The notes under the pieces: generated by a model | Databases searched by the model: none | What the model was told of the DNA's origin: nothing | The model's input: the letters and a program-made list of their open reading frames with translations, nothing else | Shown: positions 36,680 to 48,829 of the stretch, in pieces | Numbering within the stretch: position 1 is the stretch's first letter | Layout of the letters: the number at the start of each line of letters is the position of its first letter | Position numbers and translations under genes: made by a program | Origin: Sminthopsis crassicaudata | Lineage: Eukaryota | Reading direction: 5' to 3' | Length of the DNA stretch: 64,000 nucleotides | Assembly: GCF_048593235.1 (NCBI RefSeq) | Contig: NC_133617.1 | Coordinates: 62,767,767-62,831,766 of the forward strand

Positions 36680-38570
36680 GGATTCTTTTTTTGTTATACA
36701 TGTTCCTTTATTTATTTAATATATTTACTTATGTATCATATTGGGAGAGAAAAATCAGAAGGGGAAAACGAGAGGGAAAAAAATGGATATTTTCTATCCA
36801 AAGTTTATTGGGATTGCCTTGAATCACTGAACCACTGAGTATGAGCAAGTCTGTTATAGTTGATCATCGCACAATCTAGCTGTTTCTGTGTAAAATGTTT
36901 TCCTAGTTTGCTTGTTTTGCTCAGCATCAGTTCATGCAAATCTTTCCAGGACTTTCTAAAATCAACCTGTTCATTTTTTATAAAAACACTAATATTTCAT
37001 TACTTTCATATAGCTTAACTTATTCAGCCATTCCCCAGTTGATGGACATCTAGTCATTTTTCAATTCTTTGCCACCACAAAAGGGCTGCTACAAACATTT
37101 TTGTATATGTGGGTCCTTTTCTCTTTTTTATGATCTCTTTGGGATATAAGCCCAGTAGACACAATGTTGGATTCAAAGGGATCAAAGTTTTATAGTCCTT
37201 TGGGCATAGTTCCAGACTGCTCTACAGATTGGTTTGAATCAGTTCACAACTCCACCAATAATATATTAGCGTTCCAGCTTTCAATCCCCTCCAATATTAT
37301 CTTTTCTCATCATTACCCAATCTGAGAGTAATGAGTAATCTCAGTTACATTTCTCTGGTCAATAGTAATTTAAAGCATTTTTTCATGACTATAGATGGTT
37401 TTAATTTCATCTGAAAATTGCCTGTACATATCTTTGTCCATTTATCAATTGGGGAATGACTTGTATTCTTGTAAATTTGACTCAGTTCTTTATATATTTT
37501 AGAAATGAGGCTTTCATTTCCAATAGACTTGCGATAGAGAACCATCTGCATACAGAGAAAAGAGCATGGGGCCTGAATATGGATCTCAACATAATATTTT
37601 CACCTTTTTTCTTGTTTGCTTACTTTTTTCCTTTTCTCCCTTTTGATCTGATTTTTTCTTATGCAACATGTATGGAAATATGTTTAGAAAAACTGCACAT
37701 ATTTAACTTGTACTGGATTATTTGCTGTCTAGGGGAGGGAGGGAGAAAAATTGGGAACACAAGCTTTGCAAGGGTGGATGTCAAAAATTAACTTTGCAAT
37801 GTATTTTGAAAAATAAAAAGTTTTTTTTTTTTTTTTTAAGTGAGGTTTTTATTAGAAACAGCAGCTAGAAAAAATTTTCTCCAGCTTTGTTTCCTTTCTA
37901 ATCTTGGCTATGTTGGTTTTGTTTGTGCAAAAACAAAAAATTTAATGTAATCAAAGCTATCCATTTTGCATTCCATAATGTACTTTGGTTCTTGGGCCAT
38001 AAATTCCTCTCTTCTCCAAAGATCTGATAGGTAAACTATCTTTTGCTCCTCCCAATTTGGTTATAGTATGTATCATCCTTTTTGCCTAAATCATGTACTC
38101 ATTTTGACCTTATAGGGTGGTTGGTAGTCCTCAAACAGGGGACTTCTTAGGAAATTAATTGATGGCTTACTCAATTTCTCTTTCTAAAATGGGAAATTTC
38201 AATGATTTATTTCCTCTTCTATTAATCTGGGCAATTTATATTTTTGTAAATATTCATCCATTTCAATTAAATTGTCAAATTTGTTGGCATACAATTGGGC
38301 AAAATAACTCCTTGTTTAAATTTATTCTTCATTGATGGATAAGTTCACCCTTTTCACTTTTTATGCTGGTAATTGGTTTTTTCTTTCCTTTTTCTAATCA
38401 AATTAACCAAAGGTTTGCCTATTTTGTTGGTTTTTCATAAAACCAACTTAGATTTATTAATTAGTTCAATACTTTTCTTACTTTCAATTTTATAAATCTC
38501 TTTGATTTTCAGAATTTCTAATTTGGTATTTCATTGAGGGTTTTAAACTTCTTTTTCTAGTTTTAAAAAT
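36680..38570 (-). mobile_element. Old L1 fragments (minus) with a nested plus-strand L1 3'UTR piece at ~37520-37830
   Basis: Antisense L1 motifs (cattccccagttgatggacatc, gccaccacaaaagggctgctacaaacatt). The insert is bracketed by an imperfect repeat aa(a/g)tgagg(c/t)ttt(c/t)att. Confidence 0.75.
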
Positions 38571-39206
38571 TCTTTACAACAAATGACTGAATTGAGATAG
38601 CTCTCAAGGAATAAGAATTAGAATTATTGGAGATCCCAAGATCTCCATTCATATAGTAATGAACAGAAGGGTTGGGTTGAGAAGCCAGAACTTCTGACAA
38701 CTAGCTCAGGCTGGAGATACAGCCCTTCAGCATTTCTCTTCTTTCTAGTCATCCTCACCCCACATAGACACTTCACATGATTTTCTCAGACAAATAATTT
38801 AATACTCAATTCAGATGGGCCTGACCTCTTGCTCTCCCCCAGGCCTAGCCCAGCTCTCGTCTCCCTGGGAAGAATCCACCTAAGAACTCTGCCCACTTTG
38901 TGATCCACCCCAGTTTCATTTCCCTCAAAACTAAGGGTCCCTACTCCCACTCCAATCATCTGAGCAGGTACTATCCATGCTTTTCCCTTCCAGACAGGCA
39001 GTAGATGACAGGAAAGAGGATATATATGGGTGGGTTTATCTCTCCAAGTTGCCCAGATATCTAGGATATATGGTCAGGTAGAGAGCAGCAACTCAGAAAG
39101 AGCTTCCTCCAGAAAATCCCAATTATAAAGAAGCTATGTACCTTTTCCCCCAACCAATCTAAATTCTTTTCCAGATCTTCTCCAAAGGGACCCCAATATA
39201 CCTAGT

Positions 39207-39212
39207 TTTATT
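39207..39212 (-). terminator. Candidate DOHH polyadenylation signal (AATAAA on minus); ATTAAA alternative at 38798-38803
   Basis: tttatt on plus, ~440 nt downstream of the stop. Confidence 0.5.
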
Positions 39213-39648
39213 GATAAACAATTCCAATTTCCCAATAAACCTAAATCCCATTAGACTCACCCCACAGAGATCCCCAAAGACCCCAATCTGTTCCAAATTC
39301 AATACAGATTCCAGCACCTTCTGGTAAGACAGTGATCCCATTCTAATGGTTCTCTTCTGTCCCCAAAAAAGATCCCAAACTGTCCCAAAAGCCCAAACTC
39401 GGTAGAGATGCATCCCTCCTGAGGCAAATGTGGTCTCTTGCCCACAAAAGAGAGATGACCCACAAAACTGGTTCTGCACCTAGTGAGTTCTGCATCCCCC
39501 TTCCCAGAAGATCCCAGTTGTTTCTAACCTCCCACCCAGATCACTTCTCATCCCCAGTCCTGTGAGAGTACCAAGGAAGTTCAGGAGCAGAAAGATGAGG
39601 CCCAGGCAGGAATGGGGGCAGTTGTCAGAGAGCAGGAGCTTTACAGAG

Positions 39649-39986
39649 TCAGGAGAGCCCGTCCAGCACAGGCGAAGGCTGGCCTAGCTGGCTCAGGCCG
39701 TTGGCGTACTGAAACTCGGGCCCGTTCTCATAGGCGTACATGTCCAGGGCCACCTCGCAGCTCTCCCGCACCACGCGCTCCGTGTCAGCTGCGTGGGCCC
39801 GCAGTGCTGCCAGGCAGTCGGGGTGGGCAATGGAGCCCAGGGCTTCGGCACACTCATGCCGTACCATGGGGTTCTCAGCGCGGCTGTCCAGGGCAGCTGT
39901 AAGCTGGGGGATGCAGGCCTCGTGCTGCAGCTGGCCCAGGACGTAGCCCACCTCATGACGGAACAGAGCACTGCCACAACCCAGAC
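39649..39986 (-). CDS. DOHH: Deoxyhypusine hydroxylase, last coding exon
   Basis: ttcttgcctccag|GT; GLGCGSALFRHEVGYVLGQLQHE...PMVRHECAEALGSIA...YANGLSQLGQPSPVLDGLS*; HE motifs 3 and 4; 338 bp. Confidence 0.97.
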
Positions 39987-40332
39987 CTGGAGGCAAGAAC
40001 CAGGAGAGAAAGCTGATCAGGTGAGGGAGCCATCTGAAGGAGAGGTAGGTGGACGTAGAGAGACCCTGGGGGGGTGGGGGTGGGCAATCTAGGGGGAAGG
40101 GAGTGAGGGGGGAAAGAGGGGGACAGGAGGGGTAGGAGTCACCTAGGAGGGAGACTGGGAAAATTGGGCCTCCCAGAGGTGGTGTGAGAGAGAACTAGGA
40201 GGAAGGGCACATCATGAGACAGATTATCCCTTGCTCCCAAAACATTTTCTCTCCTAATATCTCATGCTATCCTCTGAACCTTCCAAAGTAAGGGCCCAAC
40301 CTCCTTCACCTCACCCTGGGCACCCTCCTCAC

Positions 40333-40570
40333 CGTCTGCAAGGGCCAGTGCAGCCTCCTTGCCCCCAGTGTTTCGCAGAGCAAACATAGCACGATAGCGG
40401 TCGAAAAGGGGGCACGATTCATCCAGCAGCATGGCCCGAAGACGCCCCACATCCTTCTCCTCAGCTGGCGGGGCTGGGTCCACAGACAAATAGGGGCTTC
40501 CCGTGGGCTCCCCTCCATTCTGCTGGAGCCACTCTAGCCGTTGCACTGCCAACTGGCAGGTCTCTGCCAC
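40333..40570 (-). CDS. DOHH: DOHH coding exon 3
   Basis: ttgtccccag|GTG...GACG|gtgagg; VAETCQLAVQRLEWL...PLFDRYRAMFALRN; 238 bp. Confidence 0.97.
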
Positions 40571-40829
40571 CTGGGGACAAGGAGGGACCCTGAGAAGTCT
40601 CCGGGAGCTCTCCCATCCCAGCCTCCCTTTCAGGGACCCAACCTCTGGTCTGAACCAATGAGAGGAAGCAGATCTGGAGTCTGAAGGTCAGCACCCATGA
40701 CCATGGGTGAGCTGTTTAATATCTCTGAGCTAGTCTCCTCATTTGTACAATGAGGCGATGCTTACTTCACAGGGCTATTGCAAGGAAAGCATTACAAATC
40801 CTAAAAGCAGTTTAGAAATATCCAAATTC

Positions 40830-40975
40830 AGGGGCAACTAGTTAATGCAGATAGAGTACCAGCCCTGAAGTTAGGAAGATCTGGGTTCAAATCTGGTCTC
40901 AAACATTTAACACATTCTAGCTGTGTGACCCTGAGCAAGTCACTTAACCCCAATTGCCTCAGCAAAGAAAAAAAA
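40830..40975 (+). mobile_element. WSINE1 in DOHH intron
   Basis: SINE body with A tail; TSD atccaaattc at 40820-40829 and 40976-40985. Confidence 0.85.
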
Positions 40976-42430
40976 ATCCAAATTCTAGGCTCTGAATTAA
41001 AAATGGGCATGCTGTGTGATGGGAGCAGATCCATCTGAAGTCAAGTTACAAATGCCTTGGATGCCAGAGGAGTTTAGACCTGGGAGAGTAAGATGATGTT
41101 CCTGAGAATTCCTGCTGGATCCTGTGCAGGGAAGAGAGGGGACCACACATTTAAAAGAAGAAGAGGTGAGCTCTAGGAGGAGCTAGCTACAGGCCTGGGA
41201 TCCCATCCCTTCTCTGGGATGCCCTGCTCCATGGTATCAGGCAGGCTGTTTCCTCTCTCCGAGGGTCCCATCTGCTCACTTTCAAAATTGTGGGGAGAGG
41301 GGGAGGGCTAGATTAAATGACATTTAAAGTGCCTCCCAACTTTTAAGATCTAGTGGGGATCTGAAAGCTGGTGACTCAGGAGGGACAGGCTGTTGGGGAT
41401 TTCCCAGTATTGCTAAACCATCTATAAAATGAGAGGGTTGCAAATATACGCAGCAGCACTTTTTATGGAAGCAGGAACCCCAAAATTAAAAAATGGGCAC
41501 CCATCAATTAACTGGACTAGCTGAACAACTTGGAGTATAGAAATATAATTGGACAGAACACAAGGTTTTGGAGAGTCTACGTTAAAAAATTATCCATGCA
41601 TATGTTTTGAAAATATAAAGTTTTAATTAAAAAAAAAAAAAAAAAAAAAAGGAAAGGAAAAAAAAAGAATACAAGCTGAGATAGTTTTTTCTTTATACTT
41701 GGGTCCCAACACCTAGTACAGTACCTGGCACATAGTAAGCACTTAATAAATACTTGATTGATTAATAAATGTTGAATGAATAATCATAAAAAATATAATT
41801 GGACAGTATTGCTCTGCAAGAAATGAGAAATCTGAGAAGCTTAATAAAACTTGGATGTCAGATGCAGAAGGAAGTAAGCAGAAGCAAACCGTATCAAGAA
41901 GACAATAATAAGATGACTATAAAAATGTCACAAAAAGCTCAGACCAATGCCATGAACAATCCTGCCTCCAGAGGACTGACGATGAAACACAGCTCCCTCT
42001 TTTTGTCCTGACAGAGGGGCTCTGCAGATGTGATATGGGTATCTGATAACAGACAGGGCCAATAAGTTGATTTGTTTCACTGTATTTCTTGTTTCAAGAG
42101 AAGATTGTGGAGGTGGGGAGGAAAAGCAGTACTTAAAAAAACATAAAGAAGCATTTTAAAGAGGAAAGGGGCTAGTCCATGGATTTCCAATGCCAGGCCC
42201 TTCACAAGCTAATAAAATGCAATCTTTCTAGCTTAAATTTCTATTTTCTATTGCCTTTCTCTCTCTACTCTTTGCTCCAGTACTAAATCCTATCACTTTA
42301 CAATATCCTCCCAATCTGATCTCACTAAATAACTAAATTAAAAAAACAAACAAACAAAAAACTAAGTAATAGGAGACCTGGAAGCCACTGGGAGGAAAAA
42401 AGAAAAAGAAAAAGAAAATGGTATTGTTAC

Positions 42431-42507
42431 CTCAATGACAGGATCCTTAGAATATTCCTTCAGGAGTTCCAACACTTCTGGGTTGCCAATGGCTCCCAGA
42501 GCCTCTC
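42431..42507 (-). CDS. DOHH: DOHH coding exon 2
   Basis: ctctttcag|GA GAG GCT...ATT GAG|gtaaca; EALGAIGNPEVLELLKEYSKDPVIE; 77 bp. Confidence 0.97.
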
Positions 42508-43276
42508 CTGAAAGAGAAAAGGAGCCAGAGAATATCAAAGTTGATAAAGTCCTTTGCACACAAAATATTGGGGTTAGAATGGACCTTAGAATAAAGAAAG
42601 AACTAGAAAGGACCTTAGCAATCAACCAGGCCTACCACTTCATGCTACAGAAGAGGGAAGGAAGCAAGGAGAGAGGGAGGAAGAAAAGGAGGAGAAAAGG
42701 AAGGAAGGAGGGAGGGAGAGAAGTAGAGGGGCCTGCCCAAAGCCCTACAGCAGGTTAGTGGAAGAACCAGGATTAGGAACCAGATCTTCTGATTTTCAGA
42801 CCAGTCCAGGGTCTTCTATCCTTTCCACTTTCCTTATGCCTGAAATCCCTCAGCTTCTCTTGGCATTTACTGGATATAGGTCTAAACTTGTTTGCTTTGT
42901 CTCCAAGATCCTCTACAATCTGGTGCCACTCTCCCTTTCCAGCCTTCTCTCCCATTATTTCCCTCCACAAGTCTTTCCCTCCTGTGAGCCTCTGCTCACA
43001 TCCCTGCCAGGAATGCCTCTCTCCTCTCTTCTACCTACTGAATTCCTCTGTGTTCCTGAAACTCCAATCCCTGACAGCCCCGGCTGCCAGGGTCCTTCAA
43101 CTCATGCTTCTCACCCAGCTCTGAGGCGGGAATCCCTCCCACGAGTGCCCAGTGCAGTCTTTGACAACAGTAGGAGCCACACAGATCCGTGTTGCTGACA
43201 CTGGATCCCACCCCCAAAGCAAGAGAAGTACTGTTATCAGGCCTCAGAACGGGCGGGACCACAGGGCCTCACTCAC

Positions 43277-43550
43277 CTGCCTCATGCCGGACCATGGGCT
43301 CTTGGTTTGTATCCTTCAGAACTTCTACTAAGACAGGGATGGCTCTAGCGTCCTGCATTTGGCCCAGGCAGTAGGCCAACTCATGCTTCAGCAGGGCTGA
43401 CTCATCCCCGAAGGCCTGGCTGATCCATGAAATGGCCCCAGGCCCACCCAGCCCCCGAAGGGTGAACAGGGCCCGGAAACGAGCCTGTAGGGGCTGCTTA
43501 GGATCCACGAGGGTCTGCCCAATGGCCTCTACCTCCTTCTCTGTTACCAT
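43277..43550 (-). CDS. DOHH: DOHH coding exon 1 (transcript exon 2; exon starts at 43609)
   Basis: gcaccATGg; [32 protein letters not shown]...LKHELAY...VRHEAG|gtgagt; 274 bp. Acceptor ttctcccgcag| at 43610/43609. Total CDS 927 nt, 308 aa, all four HE diiron motifs intact. Confidence 0.98.
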
Positions 43551-44499
43551 GGTGCTTGCAGTCCCAAGGCTTCTGCCAGGCCGGCCAAGGTGACTTGTGG
43601 GCTTGGATCCTGCGGGAGAAGATAAAGGTAAAGCCTCCTACACATAGAATCCCAGCAGCTAGGAGCTCAATTTGTTCTGTCTGGCCCCTCGGGGAATCTG
43701 GGTTCATCCACTCCTGAACAAAAAAAGGCTGTTTAGCTTCCACCACCGTCAGAGACTGCAACTCCCCCAACCTGCTCTGTAGGGAAATGTTTTCTTTAAT
43801 AAAACCTCAATCTGCTTCTCGCTTCTTCTGTCCATGGCTCCTTCTGTCAGCCACTGGGAGTAATACAATACACCCCAAGAGACAGCGTAAGGAGTGCAGG
43901 AGATAGTGTCAGGCCTGGGGTCATAAGACTCAAGTTCAAATCTGGTTTCAGATACTTAGTAGCTGTGTGAACTGGGGCTTGTCACTTAATTTGCATTTGC
44001 TCCAGTTTTCCCATCTGTACAAAGGGGGTAATAATAAGAGCACCTTCCTCCCAGGGCTGCTGTGAGGGCCAAACACACGACGATTATAAAGCACTTAGAA
44101 CAGTGCCTGGCACACAGTAAGTGCTGTGCAAACCTTAGCTACGATTATTATTGCTGTTAATGGCAGCTGGGAGAATCAGGAGACCCATCATGTGGGAGGC
44201 TGTGCTCAAGTTGAACTTCGTCGGAAGAGTCTGGGCGGCAGAGGTAAAGAGGGAACGCAGCCCAGGCACAGCGACAGCCTGAACAAAGGTATGGGCATGA
44301 GAGATGAAATCTAGCATGGTGAAAAAAAACAAGACAATAAAGCATGGTTAAAAAAAAGCAAGATGATCAGTTTGGTTAGAATAAAGGATAAAAAGAAAGG
44401 CTGTGTAATCAATTTGTCCAGAAAGGCTGACTGGAGACAACTTTAAATTCCAAAAAGAAAGAGCAAGAGAGAGGCAGTGGAACAGCACCGAAAATCTCT

Positions 44500-45345
44500 C
44501 CTTTTCCAGAGAGCAATCTGGAACTATGCCCAAGGCGCCACAGGCCCGAACATTTCCTTTGGTCCACAATACTGCTGCTAGTCTACAATGCAAAGACATC
44601 ATTAAAAAGGGGCACGTACCAAGCTATTTATAGTAGTTCTTTTTGTGGTGTCACAGAAATGGAAACTGAGGCGATGCCCGTCAACTGGGGAATGGCTGAA
44701 CAACTTGTGGTATACGAACGTAATGGAAGCTATTGTGTTCTAAGAAATGATGAGCAGGCAGATTTCAGAAAAACCTGGATTTACATTAAATGATGCTGAG
44801 TAAGGGGAGCAGAACCAGGAGAATATTACACAGTACCGGCGAGCCGGTGTGATGATCGACTGTGATTGGCTCAGCCCTTCTCAGCAATGCAGTGATCCCA
44901 GACAATTCCCAAAACAAGCAAGGGAAAATGCCACCCGCTCCGGAGAAGGAACATGGGACTTTAAATGCGTATTGGAGTATGTTAGTTCAATCTGTTTGCC
45001 CGCCATGGTTTTCTCCCTTTTTTCTGACTCTTCCTTCACAGAAAGACTAATATGGAAATGTTTAACATGATTGTACATGTACAACCTGTATCAGATTGCT
45101 GGCTGTGTTGAGGAAGGAAACATCAGGAGCACAAAATCTTTACAAAAATGAATGTTGGTGAGGCAGCTAGGGGGCGCAATGGATAGAGCACCAGCCCTGA
45201 ATTCAGGAGGACCCGAGTTCAAATCTGACCTCAGACACTTAACACTTCCTAGCTGTGTGACCTTGGGCAAGTCACTCAACCCCAGCCTCAAAAAAAAGAT
45301 GTTGGAAACTATCTTTACATGTAATTAGGAAAAACCCCAGTACTA
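44500..45345 (+). mobile_element. L1 3' fragment interrupted by a WSINE1 (~45160-45298)
   Basis: tcaactggggaatggctgaacaacttgtggtat and 3'UTR motifs; SINE flanked by atgttgg repeats. Confidence 0.8.
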
Positions 45346-46292
45346 TTAAGCTAACAAATACAGGATATCTCTTTGACAGTTACATGGAGTATGGACTTAG
45401 GGGAGAGGGCCAGTGGTGGAAGATCAATGAGGATCTCAACACTGTTCAAGCGAGAGAGGATGGGGTCCCTCACGAGGGAGGTGGCTCTATACAGAGGGAG
45501 CATCTCAAGATCTGCCCAAGGAGAGCGCGGGATGACTCCTGGGGATGTGGGTCCCTAGAAGGATGTGCTGGCCTAGGCAGAACCAGGGCCGTGGGGAAGC
45601 AGCCCAGATCTGGGAGAAGGAGGAGCTCTGCCTCAGACCCGAAGCTTGGTCGGAGGTGCCCACGAGAGATGCAGACGGAGGGGACGGCGGGCACCAGCCA
45701 CGGGCACACAGCCCTGGGGGTCACTGCCCCACAGCCATCCCAAATCTTTTTTCCAGGCTAAAGTATCACTAAATCCTCTCGGCAGTTCTTGCTGAATTAG
45801 CAGAGAGCGTGGGACTAAGCAGAACTGCTCGGAGCACAGCGCTCAGCCTGAGGCAGCCAGGACCCCTGGAGAAGGCCGAACGGACAGAGGCAGACCCGGG
45901 CCCAAGTCCCTCCTTTGACACTTGTAACTTGTAGGCCCTGAGACCCTGGGCCACTCCTGCAGCTTCTTAGTGGTCTAGGGCACTTTCTAAAACCAGAAGT
46001 TGCAGATAACGTTATCTGGTTCGGTCTATTGTTCTAATTTTACTAATGGAGAAACTGCCCCAGGGAGGCTGAGTCACTGGTCCAGGCCCCAACAGCCTGT
46101 TAGTATCTGAGGCGGAATTCGAACTCGGGTCTTCCTAACTCCGGCGCCAGTGCTTAAAAGCCCCGTAGGGGAGGGAGCTCCCTATACCAGGGAAATCCGC
46201 CCCCAACTAAGAGTCACGGTCCTTCCTCCAACGTGGCCTTCAGAGCTGAGCCAGACACCCCAGCCTGAGGGGAAAGCACGGCTCCCACAGAG

Positions 46293-46439
46293 CAGGGTTC
46301 TCGAACTACGGGGGCTGAGGACGTTTAGGCGGCCCGGGCGGGCTGAGGGGCGGAGACAGAGCGTGAGCTTTTGTTTGTACTTTACTCCGGCCTCCAACAG
46401 TCTGAGGGACAGGGCCCTGTTTAAAAAGTGTGAGGACTG
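46293..46439 (-). mobile_element. OC1 (OposCharlie1-like) hAT MITE, internally deleted, in DOHH intron 1
   Basis: Aligns to the copy at 54616-54806 (ctttttaaa-aggg-cc..ctgtccctca-actgt-ggagg..acaaaagctcac-ctctgtctc..aacgtcctcag..cgtagtt-gagaaccc). Confidence 0.75.
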
Positions 46440-46930
46440 GTTTAGAGTCTTCATTCTGACTCTCGGGGTCCCGCCCCAGAGAATCCAGCTCGTCTCTTAG
46501 AGCTCTCGCATTCACCACACGGACTACACGACGTCCCCCCCGCCCCCCCAGCTGAGCTCTCCCTCCAGCCCGCGAGGGCAGGACATTCACTCACTCAACG
46601 ACTCACTGGGCTGTACACACAGCAAGTACGTGCTCAGGAAGTAAACACTTCTTATATAGGTTCAAGAGCAAACCATCAACAGGGTCAGGAGGGGACTCCC
46701 CCACGTCAAGCAGATGAACTCGCTCAAAGACGGGCTCGCTCAGGGGGAAACGGGAGGAGAGTCAGGCAGGCCCCTCGGCACCGGCTACTTCCCTCAGCCC
46801 CCGGCTCCGGACAGGCTAGATTCCCCCCCCCCAGGAAGATCCGATCCCATGCCTAATCCCTACCAAATCTTCCACCCAGGGGAGAGAATCAAGCGGATCC
46901 GCTTGATCTCCAAGACCCCCAAACGCTCAC

Positions 46931-46995
46931 CCGGCAGCTCACACGGCGGCAGCGGCACCCACGACTCCTAGTACGCTTTGGGGGCAACCATCTTC
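46931..46995 (-). other. DOHH: DOHH non-coding exon 1 (TSS approximate)
   Basis: Donor GCCGG|gtgagc at 46931/46930, immediately downstream of the E-box/YY1-like core. Confidence 0.7.
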
Positions 46996-48829
46996 CCCGT
47001 CACGTGACTTTGTCAGAACGTACCATCTGAACAGAAGGGGGGAACATACGTATCCAAGTCCACCAAGGAAGGAAATACTAAAGGAAGTGAGACTTGGGGA
47101 CTTATACGTCACGTTTCAAGTAGTGTACTATGTCCTCTATGTAGTTCTTGCCACAAGAAGTGGATAAAAAGAGACGGACTCTTTGTCCCTCTAGAGAAAG
47201 GGCTCCCCTTCCGCATGAAGTGGCAGATGCCGATTCAAACCCGGCATAATAGACGTGCGGCAGAACGCGCGTGCGCCCCACCGCCCGCGACGCTTCTCGT
47301 GGAGGATGCTGGGTAGGGCTGGCGCGGCGAAGGCCCCGGTGGGAGGGGCTCGGAGCTGCCCCTGGCCTGAGTGACTGAGAACCTCGGGCGCCGGTACAAT
47401 TAATTCTAAAAGGCTTTAAACATTTTATAACTCCACTTATTGGCGACCTGCCTCTCCGCCGATGAGTGTTTGGTCCTGAGCTGTAATTTCAGCTGCGTAG
47501 GGGACTCCCTCCCCTGCAGCTGTCACTCCCGCTGAGATTCAGTGACTGTCCCCGGGGAGACGCTCCTGGGTCCCGGAGGCGGGGCTGGGTCCCGGAGGCG
47601 GGGCTTGTCCCCGGACCGCGTCCCTCCGCCCCCCACTGTTCTCCCCGGTGGGACTCGCTGGCCCGCTCTCCCTGGGTGCGCTCCCAGCCCTGGAGGAAGC
47701 CGGAGGGATCCGGGCGGAGTGGGAAAAGCAAGCGCTGGCGGTGAAACTTACCAAACTTGGACAAATCGTGTCCTCCGCAGAGCTCAGTTCCCCCTAGCGG
47801 TACAAAGGGGAATAATTCCTTTTTTCCCCTTGCTTTTTTCATTTTGTGAAGCTTTTTTTTCTAATTTTTAAACAGTTTGAAAAATCATGGCTCATGTATT
47901 TTATTTTTTGCAAATACATGTAAATATAGCTTTCAGTATTTGTGTTCCAGATTTTTTCTCCCCCTCTCTCCTTTACTCCCCTCCAAGGCAGCAAGCAATG
48001 TGATTGATATAGGTTCAAACATGTACAATCCTTTTAAACCCATTTCTCTTTTTGTCACGTGCAAGAAAAATCAGCGGGTCACCCATTTTTGAACTGCTTA
48101 CTGAAGTTATTTTGAGGATCAAAAGAGATTTTGTTTAAAAGGACTCTTTGTAAAACTTAAAAGACCTAAATTCCTCACTCAAAAATCATCCCTTAGAGTA
48201 CTGCCTCTGAGTCACCAAGCATTTTATTAGCTCCCTTCCAAGTGCCGGGCACTTTGCCAGAGCTTTACTGGGATAAAAGCAAAAAACAATCCCTGCCCCC
48301 CCCCAGGAGCTCATTTTCTGATTGGGGCAAATACGTATGTACAGACGAGAGATACAGGATAAAAGGTCCCGTTTACGTTTTTAAATACAGCTGCATTTAA
48401 CAGAAGAGACTCTAGGGGACGCGTTCTGTAGAACATCCTCCTCAGATGAAGGCCGCTTTGCCTTTCTCCTCTTCCTCCTTCCCAACGCTCTTGCCTCTCT
48501 CTAAGAAAGTTCCTGGAAGATAGAATTATTATTTTTTAGATCCTCATTCGTTATTGTTTGGTTGTATCCTGGTGGCCCCAGTGGAGTTTTTCCTGGGGAA
48601 GATGCTGGAGTGATTTGTGTTTTACTTCTCCAGCTCGTTTTACAGATGAGGACTCTGGGGTAAACGGGGTGACTCCCATACTGCCAGAGCCGGTTCTTCA
48701 TCCAGTGTGCCATCCAGCTGCCCGGATTCCTTTACCTGTGTCCCTAACTGGACAAACCAATTCATTCATAAGTCAACCATACCATCCCCCCAAGCATTGT
48801 CCCACTGAGAGTAAAACACAGCCCTGGTT

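Larger units (their letters stand above)
45400..47830. promoter_or_regulatory. DOHH CpG-island promoter
   Basis: Dense CpG; palindromic GTCACGTGAC at 46999-47008; YY1-like GGAAGATGG on minus at ~46988-46996; ACGTCA at 47106; GC boxes at 47577-47603. Confidence 0.85.
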
